From positions 1 through 49,274 of the forward strand of contig JAQBTR010000004.1 of assembly GCA_027624915.1 (NCBI GenBank): 49,274 bases of DNA, written 5' to 3'. The position numbers and the translations under genes were made by a program. Below the pieces are notes generated by a model. That model was not told the origin of the DNA, searched no databases, and saw only the letters and a list, made by a program, of their open reading frames with translations. This DNA comes from a bacterium. GTDB taxonomy: Bacteria > Patescibacteriota > Minisyncoccia > Ryanbacterales > GWA2-47-10b. Shown here one piece after another: positions 9,030 through 18,409 of this stretch (positions are counted from its first letter, which is position 1; every line of letters starts with the position of its first letter).

Positions 9030-10127
9030 CTAGCGTTTGATGTTGCCTGTAATTTCATAAATTGGTGTTATGATCGAAAGCGCTAGAAAACCTACAATAA
9101 GTCCTATGCCAATCAACAAGATTGGCTCAATAGCGGTTGAAAGTGCCTTAGTTGCGGTATCAACCTCGGCCTCATAAAATTCAGCCAAGTACAAAAACGT
9201 TTCTTCAAACTGGCCAGACTCCTCTCCAACCTTAATCATTCGGGCAACCAGGAGTGGAAACAAATCACGATATGCATCTATGTTTTCGGCTAATCTTCCA
9301 CCACGCGCCACACCCTTACTCACATGTGCAATCGCACGTTTGTAGTAATAATTACCCATAGCATCGTGTGTAATTTCTAGTGCCTCGTCCACTCGTACAC
9401 CACTTTTTATAAGCATCCCTAAGGTACCCGAAAATCGAGCAACATTAGCACTCCGTACCACCGTCTTCACAATTGGCGTATGAATAAGCAACCAGTGGGT
9501 AACTGGATGAGAAAACTTTTGACGAATAGTCCACAAAAAAAGAGTGAGTCCACCTATAATCCCCAAAATCAGTTTTCCGCCATTCGCTTGTATAAAGTTT
9601 GAAAAGGAAATAATAGCTCGCGTGGTAAAAGGTAAGTCAACATCAAGCCCCTCAAAGAGAGGAGTTATCTGTGGAAGGATAACAAACGAAAGACCAAGTG
9701 CCAAAAAAAATGATGCAATGAGAACAATAATAGGGTAGAGCATTGCACTCCGTACTTTGCTGAGTAAATCTTTCTCCTTTTGAAGCTGAGTTGCAACATT
9801 TTCTAAATTTTCAACGAGTGTTCCCGACTTCTCTCCAGCATAAACGGCATTTACAAAGAGGCCTGAAAACGCCTTAGGGTGCTCCTTAAATGCATCTGAG
9901 AGGGTATTGCCTGACTCAACGGCTCGTAATACATGCCCTAAAACTTTTTTAAGTTTACCAGTTGCTGACTCACGCGTTATTTCAAGTGCTTCAGTAATCT
10001 GAAGGCCTGCCTTAAGCATAACCGACAGATTTTTTGCAAAGATCGCCTTTTGAACAAGTGAGACCCCTCCAATGGTAATCTCACCTTGTAATGCACTTTT
10101 TTTAACTTCTTTGTTTTGCGTCGCCAT
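9030..10127 (-). CDS. pilC: Type IV pilus inner-membrane platform protein (T2SS F family)
   Basis: FAKNLSVMLKAG, AGEKSGTL, AMLYP, GEESGQ and IEPILLIGIG motifs. Confidence 0.95.
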   Translation of the reverse strand: MATQNKEVKKSALQGEITIGGVSLVQKAIFAKNLSVMLKAGLQITEALEITRESATGKLKKVLGHVLRAVESGNTLSDAFKEHPKAFSGLFVNAVYAGEKSGTLVENLENVATQLQKEKDLLSKVRSAMLYPIIVLIASFFLALGLSFVILPQITPLFEGLDVDLPFTTRAIISFSNFIQANGGKLILGIIGGLTLFLWTIRQKFSHPVTHWLLIHTPIVKTVVRSANVARFSGTLGMLIKSGVRVDEALEITHDAMGNYYYKRAIAHVSKGVARGGRLAENIDAYRDLFPLLVARMIKVGEESGQFEETFLYLAEFYEAEVDTATKALSTAIEPILLIGIGLIVGFLALSIITPIYEITGNIKR

Positions 10128-10129
10128 AC

Positions 10130-10519
10130 TTATTTCTTTTGCAGAGCTAAGTAGTGACGAACCTTTTCTGGTATCGCATTAATTGATATTTCTGTCTTAA
10201 TCAAATAGTCAAGCGCCCCTAAGTCAAGCGCATTTTTGATATCATTTTCTTGCCCAAGGTTGGTAAGCATAACAACTGGGATTTTTTTGGTCTTCGGATT
10301 TAATTTAAGCTCACTCAACACGTCAAATCCATTTTTATGCGGCAAAATAACATCCAAAAGCACAAGATCGGGGCTGTCAGTTTCTACTCGCTTAAGTCCT
10401 TCCTCTCCAGTAATCGCCATCAAAACATCAAAGCCCTCACGAGCTAACTTCTCGCTATAGAGCTTTATCAAAAACTTATCGTCTTCAATGAGTAAAATTT
10501 TATACTTCTTTTCTGTCAT
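10130..10519 (-). CDS. Single-domain response regulator (receiver only)
   Basis: ILLIEDD, PDLVLLD, MLTN and DYLIK receiver motifs. Confidence 0.9.
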   Translation of the reverse strand: MTEKKYKILLIEDDKFLIKLYSEKLAREGFDVLMAITGEEGLKRVETDSPDLVLLDVILPHKNGFDVLSELKLNPKTKKIPVVMLTNLGQENDIKNALDLGALDYLIKTEISINAIPEKVRHYLALQKK

Positions 10520-10523
10520 AACT

Positions 10524-11264
10524 TTATTTTATAGGAAGAGTGAAGTAAAACGTAGTCCCGTGACCCTCTTCACTCTCAAACCAAATTTTTCCACCATGCT
10601 TTTCAATGATTGCCTTTGCAATAAAGAGTCCTAGCCCCGAACCATCTGGTGCTAGTTCACTCACGCGCGGGCTACGATAAAACTTACTAAAAATTTTGCT
10701 TTCGTCCTCCTTTGAGATTCCTATGCCCGAATCCTTACATTCAAATATTAAACATGCTTTATCTTTGGAAAGTTTGGTTTTTATCTCTCCCTTGCCCTTC
10801 GAATACTTAATTGCATTAAACAATATATTGTTCACAACTTCCTGAATCTTTATGGGGTCAATTATGGCTAGCGGCAACCCATCAGGAATATCCATATCAA
10901 TACTTGTGTTTTTAGCAAGTGCCAGTGGCACCAACCCTTTTACAGAATCTTTTATGATGGCTGCAACATCCGCGGATTTCGAATTAAGTGACAACCGGCC
11001 CTCTTCAATACGCGTTGCATCCAGAAGATCTCTAACCAAACGAATTGTTTTGTTTGTGCTATCGAGAGCAAGCGTGAGATATTCATTTTGATCTTTTGTG
11101 AGTTTTCCCAAATCTCCTGATAAAATTACTTCCAAAGATGACTTAATCCCAGAAAGCGGAGTCTTAAGTTGATGTGAAATTATAGAAGTCACCTCCGTGA
11201 TAGAGTGTTCGTTGACTCCGTGATCCTCTGTATGTTTTTTTTCTTTCTTAAAGGAATTCCACAT
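10524..11264 (-). CDS. Cytoplasmic histidine kinase (HisKA + HATPase, no sensor or TM domain)
   Basis: SHQLKTPL H-box, NILFNAIKY, DSGIGI, GSGLGL and TTFYFTLP. Confidence 0.9.
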   Translation of the reverse strand: MWNSFKKEKKHTEDHGVNEHSITEVTSIISHQLKTPLSGIKSSLEVILSGDLGKLTKDQNEYLTLALDSTNKTIRLVRDLLDATRIEEGRLSLNSKSADVAAIIKDSVKGLVPLALAKNTSIDMDIPDGLPLAIIDPIKIQEVVNNILFNAIKYSKGKGEIKTKLSKDKACLIFECKDSGIGISKEDESKIFSKFYRSPRVSELAPDGSGLGLFIAKAIIEKHGGKIWFESEEGHGTTFYFTLPIK

Positions 11265-11265
11265 A

Positions 11266-12957
11266 TTATGTTTTAGTTACTCTCAACACCTCCTCAAGTG
11301 TCGTAACTCCAAGAAACACCTTAGAAATTCCATCTTCAAGCATTGTGCGCATACCACCTTCGCGAGCCGCATGCATAATATCAACGCTTGAGGAATGTTT
11401 AACAACCAAATCCTTTATATTTTCTTTCATCTCAAGAACTTCAAAAACTCCAATGCGTCCAGTATACCCCGTATGACCACACACCTTACATCCAGAACCC
11501 TTATATACTCGTACTTTAGCGAGGTCTGTATGTCCACTTTTTACAAAAAGTTCTTTGAGCGACTCATCTCTTTCTATTAAATGTTTTTCATCCTCCGTAA
11601 ACTCGTGTGATGCTCGACATGACTCACACACCTTGCGGACCAAACGTTGAGCAATAATAACATTTACTGTACTTGCCACCAAAAATGGCTCAACCCCCAT
11701 ATCCAAAAGTCGTGGAAGTGTAGTAGCGGCATCATTGGCATGAAGGGTAGATAATACTAGGTGACCGGTCATGGCTGAATTAACGGCAATACCGGCCGTT
11801 TCTTCATCGCGAATCTCACCTACCATAATAATATCGGGGTCTTGTCTCACAATCGCACGGAGTCCCTTAGCAAAAGTTAAATTGGTTTTGTTATCAACCT
11901 GAATTTGACTAATACCCTCAATGTCATATTCGACCGGGTCTTCAATAGTAGATATATGAACCTCTCGTCTATTCAATATTTTTAATACAGCATACACAGT
12001 TGTTGTCTTTCCAGAGCCAGTAGGTCCGGTAACCAAAATCATCCCATGGGGATTTTTAATTGCCCTATTCACTTTCTCTAAATCCTTTTCTCCAAGTCCA
12101 AGGTCAGCCAAACCAAATTGTCTATTTTCTGCCGACAAAATTCGCATAACAATATTCTCCCCCTCAGTTACCGGAACAATAGATACACGAACATCTATAG
12201 TTTCATCCCCAAACGAAACGCGCAACTTTCCATCTTGTGCCGCGCGATGCTCATCGGTACGCATACCAGACATTATTTTCAGCCGTGTTAAAATTGATTT
12301 TTCTACTTTTTTGTCCGCCTCTATCATGTCATGCATAACTCCATCAATACGAAATCGTATCAAAAAATTATCTCGCCGTGGTTCGATATGTATGTCTGAC
12401 GAATGATTCTCATATCCAAACTGTAAAAGCTCATCGACAAGAGCAACCATCATATCATCCTTTTCATCCTTGGATATTGTAGGATCAACTATTTTTCTAA
12501 GTTTTTTATCAAATTCTTCTTTTAAGTTTGATCGATACCTGCGCAAAGCTTCATGAAGACCTTGTTCTGTTATGTAGTATGGAATGATGATGTCACCCAG
12601 ACGCTTCTCCAAAAGATGGATAGTTTCTAAATCCTCTGGATCTCTCATTCCCACTCTAATACCGTCAACTGTTCGATTCAGTGCGATTACGCCACGCGAG
12701 CGTGCGACAATCTCAGGCACCTGATTAAACAAAATATCGTCCACCCTCTCATTCGCTAAATCAACATACTTATATCCAAGCGCGTTGGCATAGACCCAAC
12801 CCAGCTGCTCATCTTTGATTAAGTCTTTCTCTACCAAAAGCTTCTCAAGTGGCTTGCCAGATGACTCTGATTCAACCACTGCAATATCAAAAGCCCCCTC
12901 ATCAACAATCCCGGGCCCCACAAGAGCCTCCTTTAATTTTTCATTTGTGAGCAACAT
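11266..12957 (-). CDS. pilB: Type IV pilus assembly ATPase PilB/GspE
   Basis: GPTGSGKTT Walker A, TIEDPVEY, RQDPDIIMVGEIRD, STLH and two CxxC motifs. Confidence 0.95.
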   Translation of the reverse strand: MLLTNEKLKEALVGPGIVDEGAFDIAVVESESSGKPLEKLLVEKDLIKDEQLGWVYANALGYKYVDLANERVDDILFNQVPEIVARSRGVIALNRTVDGIRVGMRDPEDLETIHLLEKRLGDIIIPYYITEQGLHEALRRYRSNLKEEFDKKLRKIVDPTISKDEKDDMMVALVDELLQFGYENHSSDIHIEPRRDNFLIRFRIDGVMHDMIEADKKVEKSILTRLKIMSGMRTDEHRAAQDGKLRVSFGDETIDVRVSIVPVTEGENIVMRILSAENRQFGLADLGLGEKDLEKVNRAIKNPHGMILVTGPTGSGKTTTVYAVLKILNRREVHISTIEDPVEYDIEGISQIQVDNKTNLTFAKGLRAIVRQDPDIIMVGEIRDEETAGIAVNSAMTGHLVLSTLHANDAATTLPRLLDMGVEPFLVASTVNVIIAQRLVRKVCESCRASHEFTEDEKHLIERDESLKELFVKSGHTDLAKVRVYKGSGCKVCGHTGYTGRIGVFEVLEMKENIKDLVVKHSSSVDIMHAAREGGMRTMLEDGISKVFLGVTTLEEVLRVTKT

Positions 12958-13039
12958 AGTAGTGTCCTTCTATTATATAAAAAAATACGGCTCACTACCA
13001 TATTATACTTCTACACAAAGCTTCAGTGCTAGCTACATA

Positions 13040-13426
13040 TTACTTGTCAGGAAGCCTTTCTTTTATCATGTCTGTTAGCTGCTCCAAAGACGTGTCACTT
13101 TTTATGAGATAATCTGTGACCCCAGCCTCCTTTGCTTTTTGGGCGGGATCTCCATCAGCTAGATTCGTCAATATCATTGTAGAGATATTCTTCGTTTTCT
13201 CGCCTCTCTTAAGCTCCTTAAATACTTCAAGCCCATTAAGTTTTGGCATCACAATATCAAGCAAAATAAGATCAGGCTGAAACTCTTCCACCTGGTCTAG
13301 CCCTTCGAGTCCATCTGCCGCCGAACGTACATCAAAATCCTGACGTCGTAGATGCTAAGTAAATGCTTTGGCAATATCCTTCTCATCTTCTATAATGAGT
13401 ATTTTACTTTGTGTCATGTCTGCCAT
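13040..13426 (-). pseudogene. Single-domain response regulator interrupted by one in-frame TAG (13355-13357)
   Basis: MADMTQSKILIIEDEKDIAKAFT*HLRRQDFDVRSAADGLEGLDQVEEFQPDLILLD...: a continuous receiver domain across a single stop. Confidence 0.85.
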
Positions 13427-13491
13427 TATTGCATTACTTTTTGCGCAAGAGTATGATTTAAATAGGAGTTCATCAGATCCAGGGGGAGAAA

Positions 13492-13677
13492 ATGAAGGCC
13501 AGTAATAACGGACCATCTAAATCCTTTCTCATGCGCAACCTTTGCTATCTGGGACTTATCGTGTGTGTGCTACTCATAATCGCGATGTGTTCGACGACTG
13601 CTGGTCGTGTGAATGCTCCACGAGATTTTCTAAGGCAAAGCCTCAACGAAATAAGTGAGGTGCGTAATGTCTGCTAA
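13492..13677 (+). CDS. Small hypothetical membrane protein
   Basis: GGGGGAG upstream of the ATG and one hydrophobic stretch; no recognised family. Confidence 0.35.
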   Translation: MKASNNGPSKSFLMRNLCYLGLIVCVLLIIAMCSTTAGRVNAPRDFLRQSLNEISEVRNVC

Positions 13678-13915
13678 AAACAGAGGGGACGGAACCTTCT
13701 ATCATGATGACATTTCACTCGAAGAAATCCCACCCGAACAGGAACCCATCACTCAAGACCTTGAGGTTATGTACGACGAGGCTCGTTGTGAGCATATCAA
13801 ACTACACTTTGAACTTTGGTGGGAAAAACTCACGCCATACCAACGCAGAGAAATGCGCAAGCGTTTCGCCCTGCGACTCTATAGAGCTGAAATCGTTGAA
13901 CTCTCAGCAAAATAA
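13667..13915 (+). CDS. Hypothetical protein
   Basis: GAGGTG upstream of ATG 13667; followed by a terminator. Confidence 0.5.
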   Translation: MSAKNRGDGTFYHDDISLEEIPPEQEPITQDLEVMYDEARCEHIKLHFELWWEKLTPYQRREMRKRFALRLYRAEIVELSAK

Positions 13916-13916
13916 A

Positions 13917-13953
13917 AACCCGTCCGCGCTTTTAGCGAGACGGGAATTTTTTT
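13917..13953 (+). terminator. Intrinsic terminator
   Basis: CCCGTC...GACGGG stem followed by a T run. Confidence 0.6.
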
Positions 13954-13973
13954 AAAAAAAACATCAACATCTC

Positions 13974-14074
13974 ATAAGGAAACCTAGGACTGTTTTTGTT
14001 CTTCTGATTGAGCGCTTCAGATTAATACTTACTGGCTTAGATCGCACCAAAAAGTAACTCTATGTTTCCCTAAT
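13974..14074 (+). repeat. Family A structured repeat, copy 1
   Basis: TTCTGATTGAGCG (14002-14014), TGGC (14033), GATC (14040), inside an inverted repeat that includes the stop codon at 14060. Confidence 0.75.
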
Positions 14075-14407
14075 AACAACCTCTCCACCGACCTCATGGA
14101 TCGGACATCCAAGCGCGATCTCTCGCGCCTCACTCATTGAGGGAGCTACCACAAAAATATATCCCTTTGTATTTTTTATAAAATCGAGCTGATCCTCTGG
14201 TTCAATATCATCTTGTGTTTCATCAAACATACCGGTGGCCTCACTAATAGGGAGACCTGATGTAAAAAATCCGCCATCAATAAGATGCCGAATCCAAACG
14301 CCCCATCGCCTTCGGTATGCAATTTTTTGAGCCTCAATTGGGTAGACTTCATCAAGTTTGCCTCCCCTAAAAATGAAGATAAACTCTTTCATATTACGCG
14401 GGCTCAT
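14060..14407 (-). CDS. YciI/DGPF-like protein
   Basis: FIFIFRGG...W..WI..L...KGYIFVVA.SMSEAREIALGCP...GG.VVIRE pattern. Confidence 0.7.
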   Translation of the reverse strand: MSPRNMKEFIFIFRGGKLDEVYPIEAQKIAYRRRWGVWIRHLIDGGFFTSGLPISEATGMFDETQDDIEPEDQLDFIKNTKGYIFVVAPSMSEAREIALGCPIHEVGGEVVIRET

Positions 14408-14487
14408 TCTCTTACTAACGAGCCTGAACGACTTTCCGTTACCTTCTTGTTATCCTCATTTACCTCCCTTCGCAAGTACCCTGTGGA

Positions 14488-15120
14488 CTAAATATCAAGA
14501 TCCTCGCCTTCCTTAAGCGGTATATATGTAACACCCATTTTTGAAAGTACGTTAGTCGCAATATCATGCCATACATGGGTATTAACAAGCCCGTCGTGTA
14601 TTGGAAAAACTTTCATCGGTCGTACTGTTTTTATATAGGCCAGAGTACTTGATACATTCTGCCATGGAGCACCAATAGGCAAGGCTAGCGTACGAACAGG
14701 TCGTCTTGTTTGTTCCAAAGAACCCCCCGGTATATAGAGAGCCTCTCCTATGTGGTACCCAGTATTATGAGGTGTAAAAACTCCCTCATAGAGAGTCTCG
14801 TGGGCGTGGTCTTCTGCTTCAATCTCAAGATTTTTGATTTTAACGCGCGCGCCGTCAGAAAGAATCTCTGCATCGACAAAAATATTTGATAGTTCTCGCG
14901 CAACTTCATTATTGGTTATAACTCGCACACCTTCATTTTTATTCAAAACATCCTTAATGGTCTCCTCATCAAAGTGATCAGGCCCATTGTTTGTAATCAA
15001 AATAGCATCCAACCCACCAACTCCAAACTGCCCACTTGTAAAACGCCCGGGATCAACCATAATCTTGGCGCCCCCAGACTCAATCACCAAACACGAATGT
15101 CCTATTTTATGTATCTTCAT
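14488..15120 (-). CDS. MBL-fold metallo-hydrolase with a degenerate metal motif
   Basis: GHSCLVIE, VDPG, ILITNNGPDH (in place of THxHxDH) and PIHDG. Confidence 0.8.
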   Translation of the reverse strand: MKIHKIGHSCLVIESGGAKIMVDPGRFTSGQFGVGGLDAILITNNGPDHFDEETIKDVLNKNEGVRVITNNEVARELSNIFVDAEILSDGARVKIKNLEIEAEDHAHETLYEGVFTPHNTGYHIGEALYIPGGSLEQTRRPVRTLALPIGAPWQNVSSTLAYIKTVRPMKVFPIHDGLVNTHVWHDIATNVLSKMGVTYIPLKEGEDLDI

Positions 15121-15134
15121 TTAATTCTTGCACC

Positions 15135-15398
15135 CTACGAGCGATACCTCTTCAAAAGTTCTTTTGTATAGTGTGACTGCCAGTACCCCTTGTGTTCATC
15201 TTGATCGAGCTCTTTTAAAACATTTGCTAATTCTTCTTCGTCTGGTACGATACTCACCAAATCAGGAAACCGAGTTTTAATAAGTAAATACTGTGCATAC
15301 CAACTAGGCCACTCTGGGTCTTCACCGTTTTGCTTTTTGAAAGCCTCATGGTGAGCTTCGGCTGTATCTTCTAGAATTTGATTGATTTCTTCCTCCAT
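15135..15398 (-). CDS. Hypothetical protein (start probably 15398)
   Basis: AEAHHEAFKKQNGEDPEWPSWYAQYL; begins just after the xth stop. Confidence 0.65.
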   Translation of the reverse strand: MEEEINQILEDTAEAHHEAFKKQNGEDPEWPSWYAQYLLIKTRFPDLVSIVPDEEELANVLKELDQDEHKGYWQSHYTKELLKRYRS

Positions 15399-15400
15399 AC

Positions 15401-16171
15401 TTATTTTAAGTCTAACATGAGTGGACAATGATCTGAACCCATTTCATTTGTTAAAATCTTCATATCTTTAACATCTTTCATCAAATCTGGGCTCACAAAG
15501 AAGTAATCAATACGCCAACCAACATTGCGGTCTCTGGCACGCGTCTTCATATCCCAATAGGTGTACATATCAACCTTCTTGGGGTTAAGACTACGAAACA
15601 CATCCACGTATCCTTTTTTCTCTACCTTGTCGAGCCATGCTCGTTCTATTGGCAAGAAGCCTGTGTTCTCAACATTTTCTTTTGGACGTGCTAAGTCAAT
15701 TTCATGATGGGCAGTATTCACATCCCCGCAAAAAATAATCTTCTTTCCTTTCTTGCGCAATTTTTCTGTATGTTTCAAAAACACTTCATAAAACTCAAGC
15801 TTATACTTGATTCGGTGTGGGCCTTGTCCGCCATTTGGAAAGTACACACCAAATACAACTATCTCGCCGTAATCGGCCCAGACAATTCTTCCCTCTTCAT
15901 CAAATTTTTTAATGCCCATACCCTCACCCATGTCCTCTGCAGGAATTCTCGAATATAACGCCGTACCACTATATCCTTTGCGTAATTGTGATGATGAGAA
16001 CACAACTTCGTAATCATCGAGCTCTCTTAATTCTTCTGGAAGCTGTTCTTCTTCTGACTTAGTTTCTTGAAGACAGATAACATCCGGTTTATATTTTTTT
16101 ATAAACGGCAATAACTGGTCACGCTTATGTATCGCACGAAGACCATTTACGTTCCAGGAAACTATACGCAT
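15401..16171 (-). CDS. xth: Exodeoxyribonuclease III / AP endonuclease
   Basis: SWNVNGLRA, CLQETK, GDVNTAH, GWRIDYF and SDHCP. Confidence 0.97.
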   Translation of the reverse strand: MRIVSWNVNGLRAIHKRDQLLPFIKKYKPDVICLQETKSEEEQLPEELRELDDYEVVFSSSQLRKGYSGTALYSRIPAEDMGEGMGIKKFDEEGRIVWADYGEIVVFGVYFPNGGQGPHRIKYKLEFYEVFLKHTEKLRKKGKKIIFCGDVNTAHHEIDLARPKENVENTGFLPIERAWLDKVEKKGYVDVFRSLNPKKVDMYTYWDMKTRARDRNVGWRIDYFFVSPDLMKDVKDMKILTNEMGSDHCPLMLDLK

Positions 16172-16256
16172 TAAAGAAGTATACCACGCTCTAACTTACA
16201 AACTCAGGTCTTTTTTTATTCTGTGAATTTGTTAGTGTCACAAGAGAGGTGCTCGC

Positions 16257-16877
16257 ATGAGTATTGCATGGCTGGACTGGCTTGATATTCAGTGCTCAAA
16301 ACTGTCTCCTGAAAATTTAACCGCATATGATACAGAGCCAAGAAAAAGCGACGTCTTCATCGGCAATCTACCTGAAGACACTTTGAGATTGCGCGCATTC
16401 GCGCACAAATATGTCGATGAATCAAAAGAAACGATGCGCAGATTTTTTGAGTATCACACTGATATGCAGGCACATGCCACTGAGGAATGTGAACGCTTCC
16501 AAGCTGAACTTTCAAAAAAAGCTACCTTTGTCGAAGCTATCGTAAGTAGTTTTTGGGCGTCTGTCTTTCATGAATTCCCCCAGTGTGATTTTCCGTTGGC
16601 CGTGCGCACTAACGGTAGGCTTGTAGTATGTCAGCCGGATGAAACAATGGATCACTTCAATCAAGGTGATGATGATTTTGATCCAGATGAAGACACGGTA
16701 AAAAACTTCTTTGAATGTGTTGGCCCTCCACCAGGAATGCCTGCGTTTGCGGTTATTCATCAAGGCGATCATCATATAAATCAGCCCTCGCTTGGTGCCT
16801 CCAAGCCCCCCGAAGGACTCCCCGTCGGATTCGACCACACTATGTGGGGAGATGACCCAAGCAAAAAAGGTAACTAG
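16257..16877 (+). CDS. Hypothetical protein
   Basis: 206-aa ORF with a GAGG ribosome site and a downstream terminator; no family recognised. Confidence 0.6.
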   Translation: MSIAWLDWLDIQCSKLSPENLTAYDTEPRKSDVFIGNLPEDTLRLRAFAHKYVDESKETMRRFFEYHTDMQAHATEECERFQAELSKKATFVEAIVSSFWASVFHEFPQCDFPLAVRTNGRLVVCQPDETMDHFNQGDDDFDPDEDTVKNFFECVGPPPGMPAFAVIHQGDHHINQPSLGASKPPEGLPVGFDHTMWGDDPSKKGN

Positions 16878-16905
16878 CCCGAAACAACGTTTCGGGTATT
16901 TTTTT
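16878..16905 (+). terminator. Intrinsic terminator
   Basis: CCCGAAAC-AAC-GTTTCGGG followed by a T run. Confidence 0.75.
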
Positions 16906-16957
16906 ACTGCTTGAGTTTATAACATCAATTTGCTAATACATAGTTAGAGGTGATCTT

Positions 16958-17641
16958 ATGCCATACGTACAAAGCATAGACCGTACAGGTCTAGATATTC
17001 TTATTGATGGTGCAGCTCACACTGCAGCAAGCAAATCTACCGACAACACAAAACTACTACAAGGATACAAACAAGCATTTACAACAGTTGCAAGCAATTT
17101 ATTACACTTTGTTCGTGGTGGTTCTGGGTGTGAAGTAAAACAATCCCCATACATGATTCTTGCACGAGGAATCTACGAAGCTGGAGAACAGTATGGATAT
17201 GATGGCGCGTATTTGGGCGAACTCAACTACGCGATAACCAGATTCATACAGAAAGTTCCACAAATCAAAGTTGAGTCTGGTGAGTGGGAACCAGCCAATG
17301 AACTACGATATTGGCTCTATGCCCGTACCGTTGAAGCTCTCATCTGGGCATCAGCTGAAACGCTTTCCTATGGATGTGGTATTGCTGGTGTGTTTGAAGA
17401 TATAAAAGATGAGTATAAACGAAGAGTAAGCGCTCCATACGAGATCACACAACAACTAAAGAATGGAGATTGCTACACCACACCCTACTACACAAAACCA
17501 ATTCCGCTTTATAATCAACAGGGACATATCATCGGTTACATGGAAGTACATATGACACGAGATGCTACCTCCCTCGACAAAGATAGCCTCCCAGATTTCC
17601 TCATGACTCAAGGTATTGTGGACCAAAATCACAAAGACTAG
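16958..17641 (+). CDS. Hypothetical protein resembling the phage-associated DUF6899-type family
   Basis: MPYV...DR, GELNYAITR and EYKRRVSAPYE....NGD motifs; family recalled from memory. Confidence 0.6.
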   Translation: MPYVQSIDRTGLDILIDGAAHTAASKSTDNTKLLQGYKQAFTTVASNLLHFVRGGSGCEVKQSPYMILARGIYEAGEQYGYDGAYLGELNYAITRFIQKVPQIKVESGEWEPANELRYWLYARTVEALIWASAETLSYGCGIAGVFEDIKDEYKRRVSAPYEITQQLKNGDCYTTPYYTKPIPLYNQQGHIIGYMEVHMTRDATSLDKDSLPDFLMTQGIVDQNHKD

Positions 17642-17754
17642 CCGCGACAATGTTCGCGACTTTTTTGTTATAATTTCAAGTGAGGAGCGAGTGAAAGCTT
17701 GCTTACACATCGTCCGAGCGCCGGGATTATCACCACAAGAGTATTTCCATTTTT

Positions 17755-17812
17755 ACCACAGGGGCACTTCTTGTTGTCAGCTACTCACTATCGTTCGTAG
17801 GACAACAATGTC
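17755..17812 (-). repeat. Family B hairpin repeat, copy 1 (with a partial duplicate at 17731-17747)
   Basis: Reverse complement aligns with 27497-27560 and 28884-28947. Confidence 0.75.
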
Positions 17813-17924
17813 GTATACTACCCCAGGGCAGCCTCTCTTTTCTTTCAGAAAATTCACCTCCTCCTTTCAGTCGTTAAAAATATGGTCACAAGACGAAGTG
17901 CTCTGCTATACTACGCTCATTCAT

Positions 17925-18359
17925 ATGAAAATGAACAAAAAACAATTTCTAGAGTCACTCAAAGATGTTTACTGCCGAATTGCCGTTACCAAAAATGGTG
18001 TTGGTCTGGTTGCTATTCGCCCCATACCAAAAGGAACTGACCCGTTCAAAAACTGTGATCCGTTCGGTGACGTACTTGAAATTCCCGAAGACGAGTTTGA
18101 AAAATATAAAGCACCAAATTCTGCCAAAATGATAGTTCGTGACTTTTGCGCGTTACAAGACGGCGTGTACTTCGTCCCCGACTATGGCATTGATGCGCTC
18201 CCCAAATGCTATTACTTAAACCACGACTCCAAAAAAGCCAATATGATAACTCGTGACCGCGGCGAAATATTTCTCGCCAAACGTCACATAAAAACCGGTG
18301 AGGAATTACTCGCTAACTACGATGAGTATCACGAATCCCGCCACTTCGATCGCAATTGA
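17925..18359 (+). CDS. SET-domain protein (putative lysine methyltransferase); start moved to 17925/17931
   Basis: GVGLVAIRPIPKG, YYLNHD and FLAKRHIKTGEELLANY correspond to SET motifs I, III and IV. Confidence 0.8.
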   Translation: MKMNKKQFLESLKDVYCRIAVTKNGVGLVAIRPIPKGTDPFKNCDPFGDVLEIPEDEFEKYKAPNSAKMIVRDFCALQDGVYFVPDYGIDALPKCYYLNHDSKKANMITRDRGEIFLAKRHIKTGEELLANYDEYHESRHFDRN

Positions 18360-18409
18360 CCACGTGATGCATTCCGTGCAAGCATAATCATAAAGATAAG
18401 GAGCATCAC

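Noticed and set aside
9005-9058. MKLQATS leader resembling heptamer-repeat peptides
   Set aside because: It is just the alternative frame of the pilC end (YEITGNIKR*); there is no 7-nt periodicity in the DNA.
13355-13357. Alternative genetic code (TAG or TGA recoding)
   Set aside because: TAG ends pilC, the YciI gene and others; TGA ends the DedA-like and PilX-like genes at sensible positions.
17616-17924. N-terminal 100 aa of the 247-aa ORF
   Set aside because: It crosses a hairpin and the family B repeat. The SET domain starts at 17925/17931, downstream of a TATACT.
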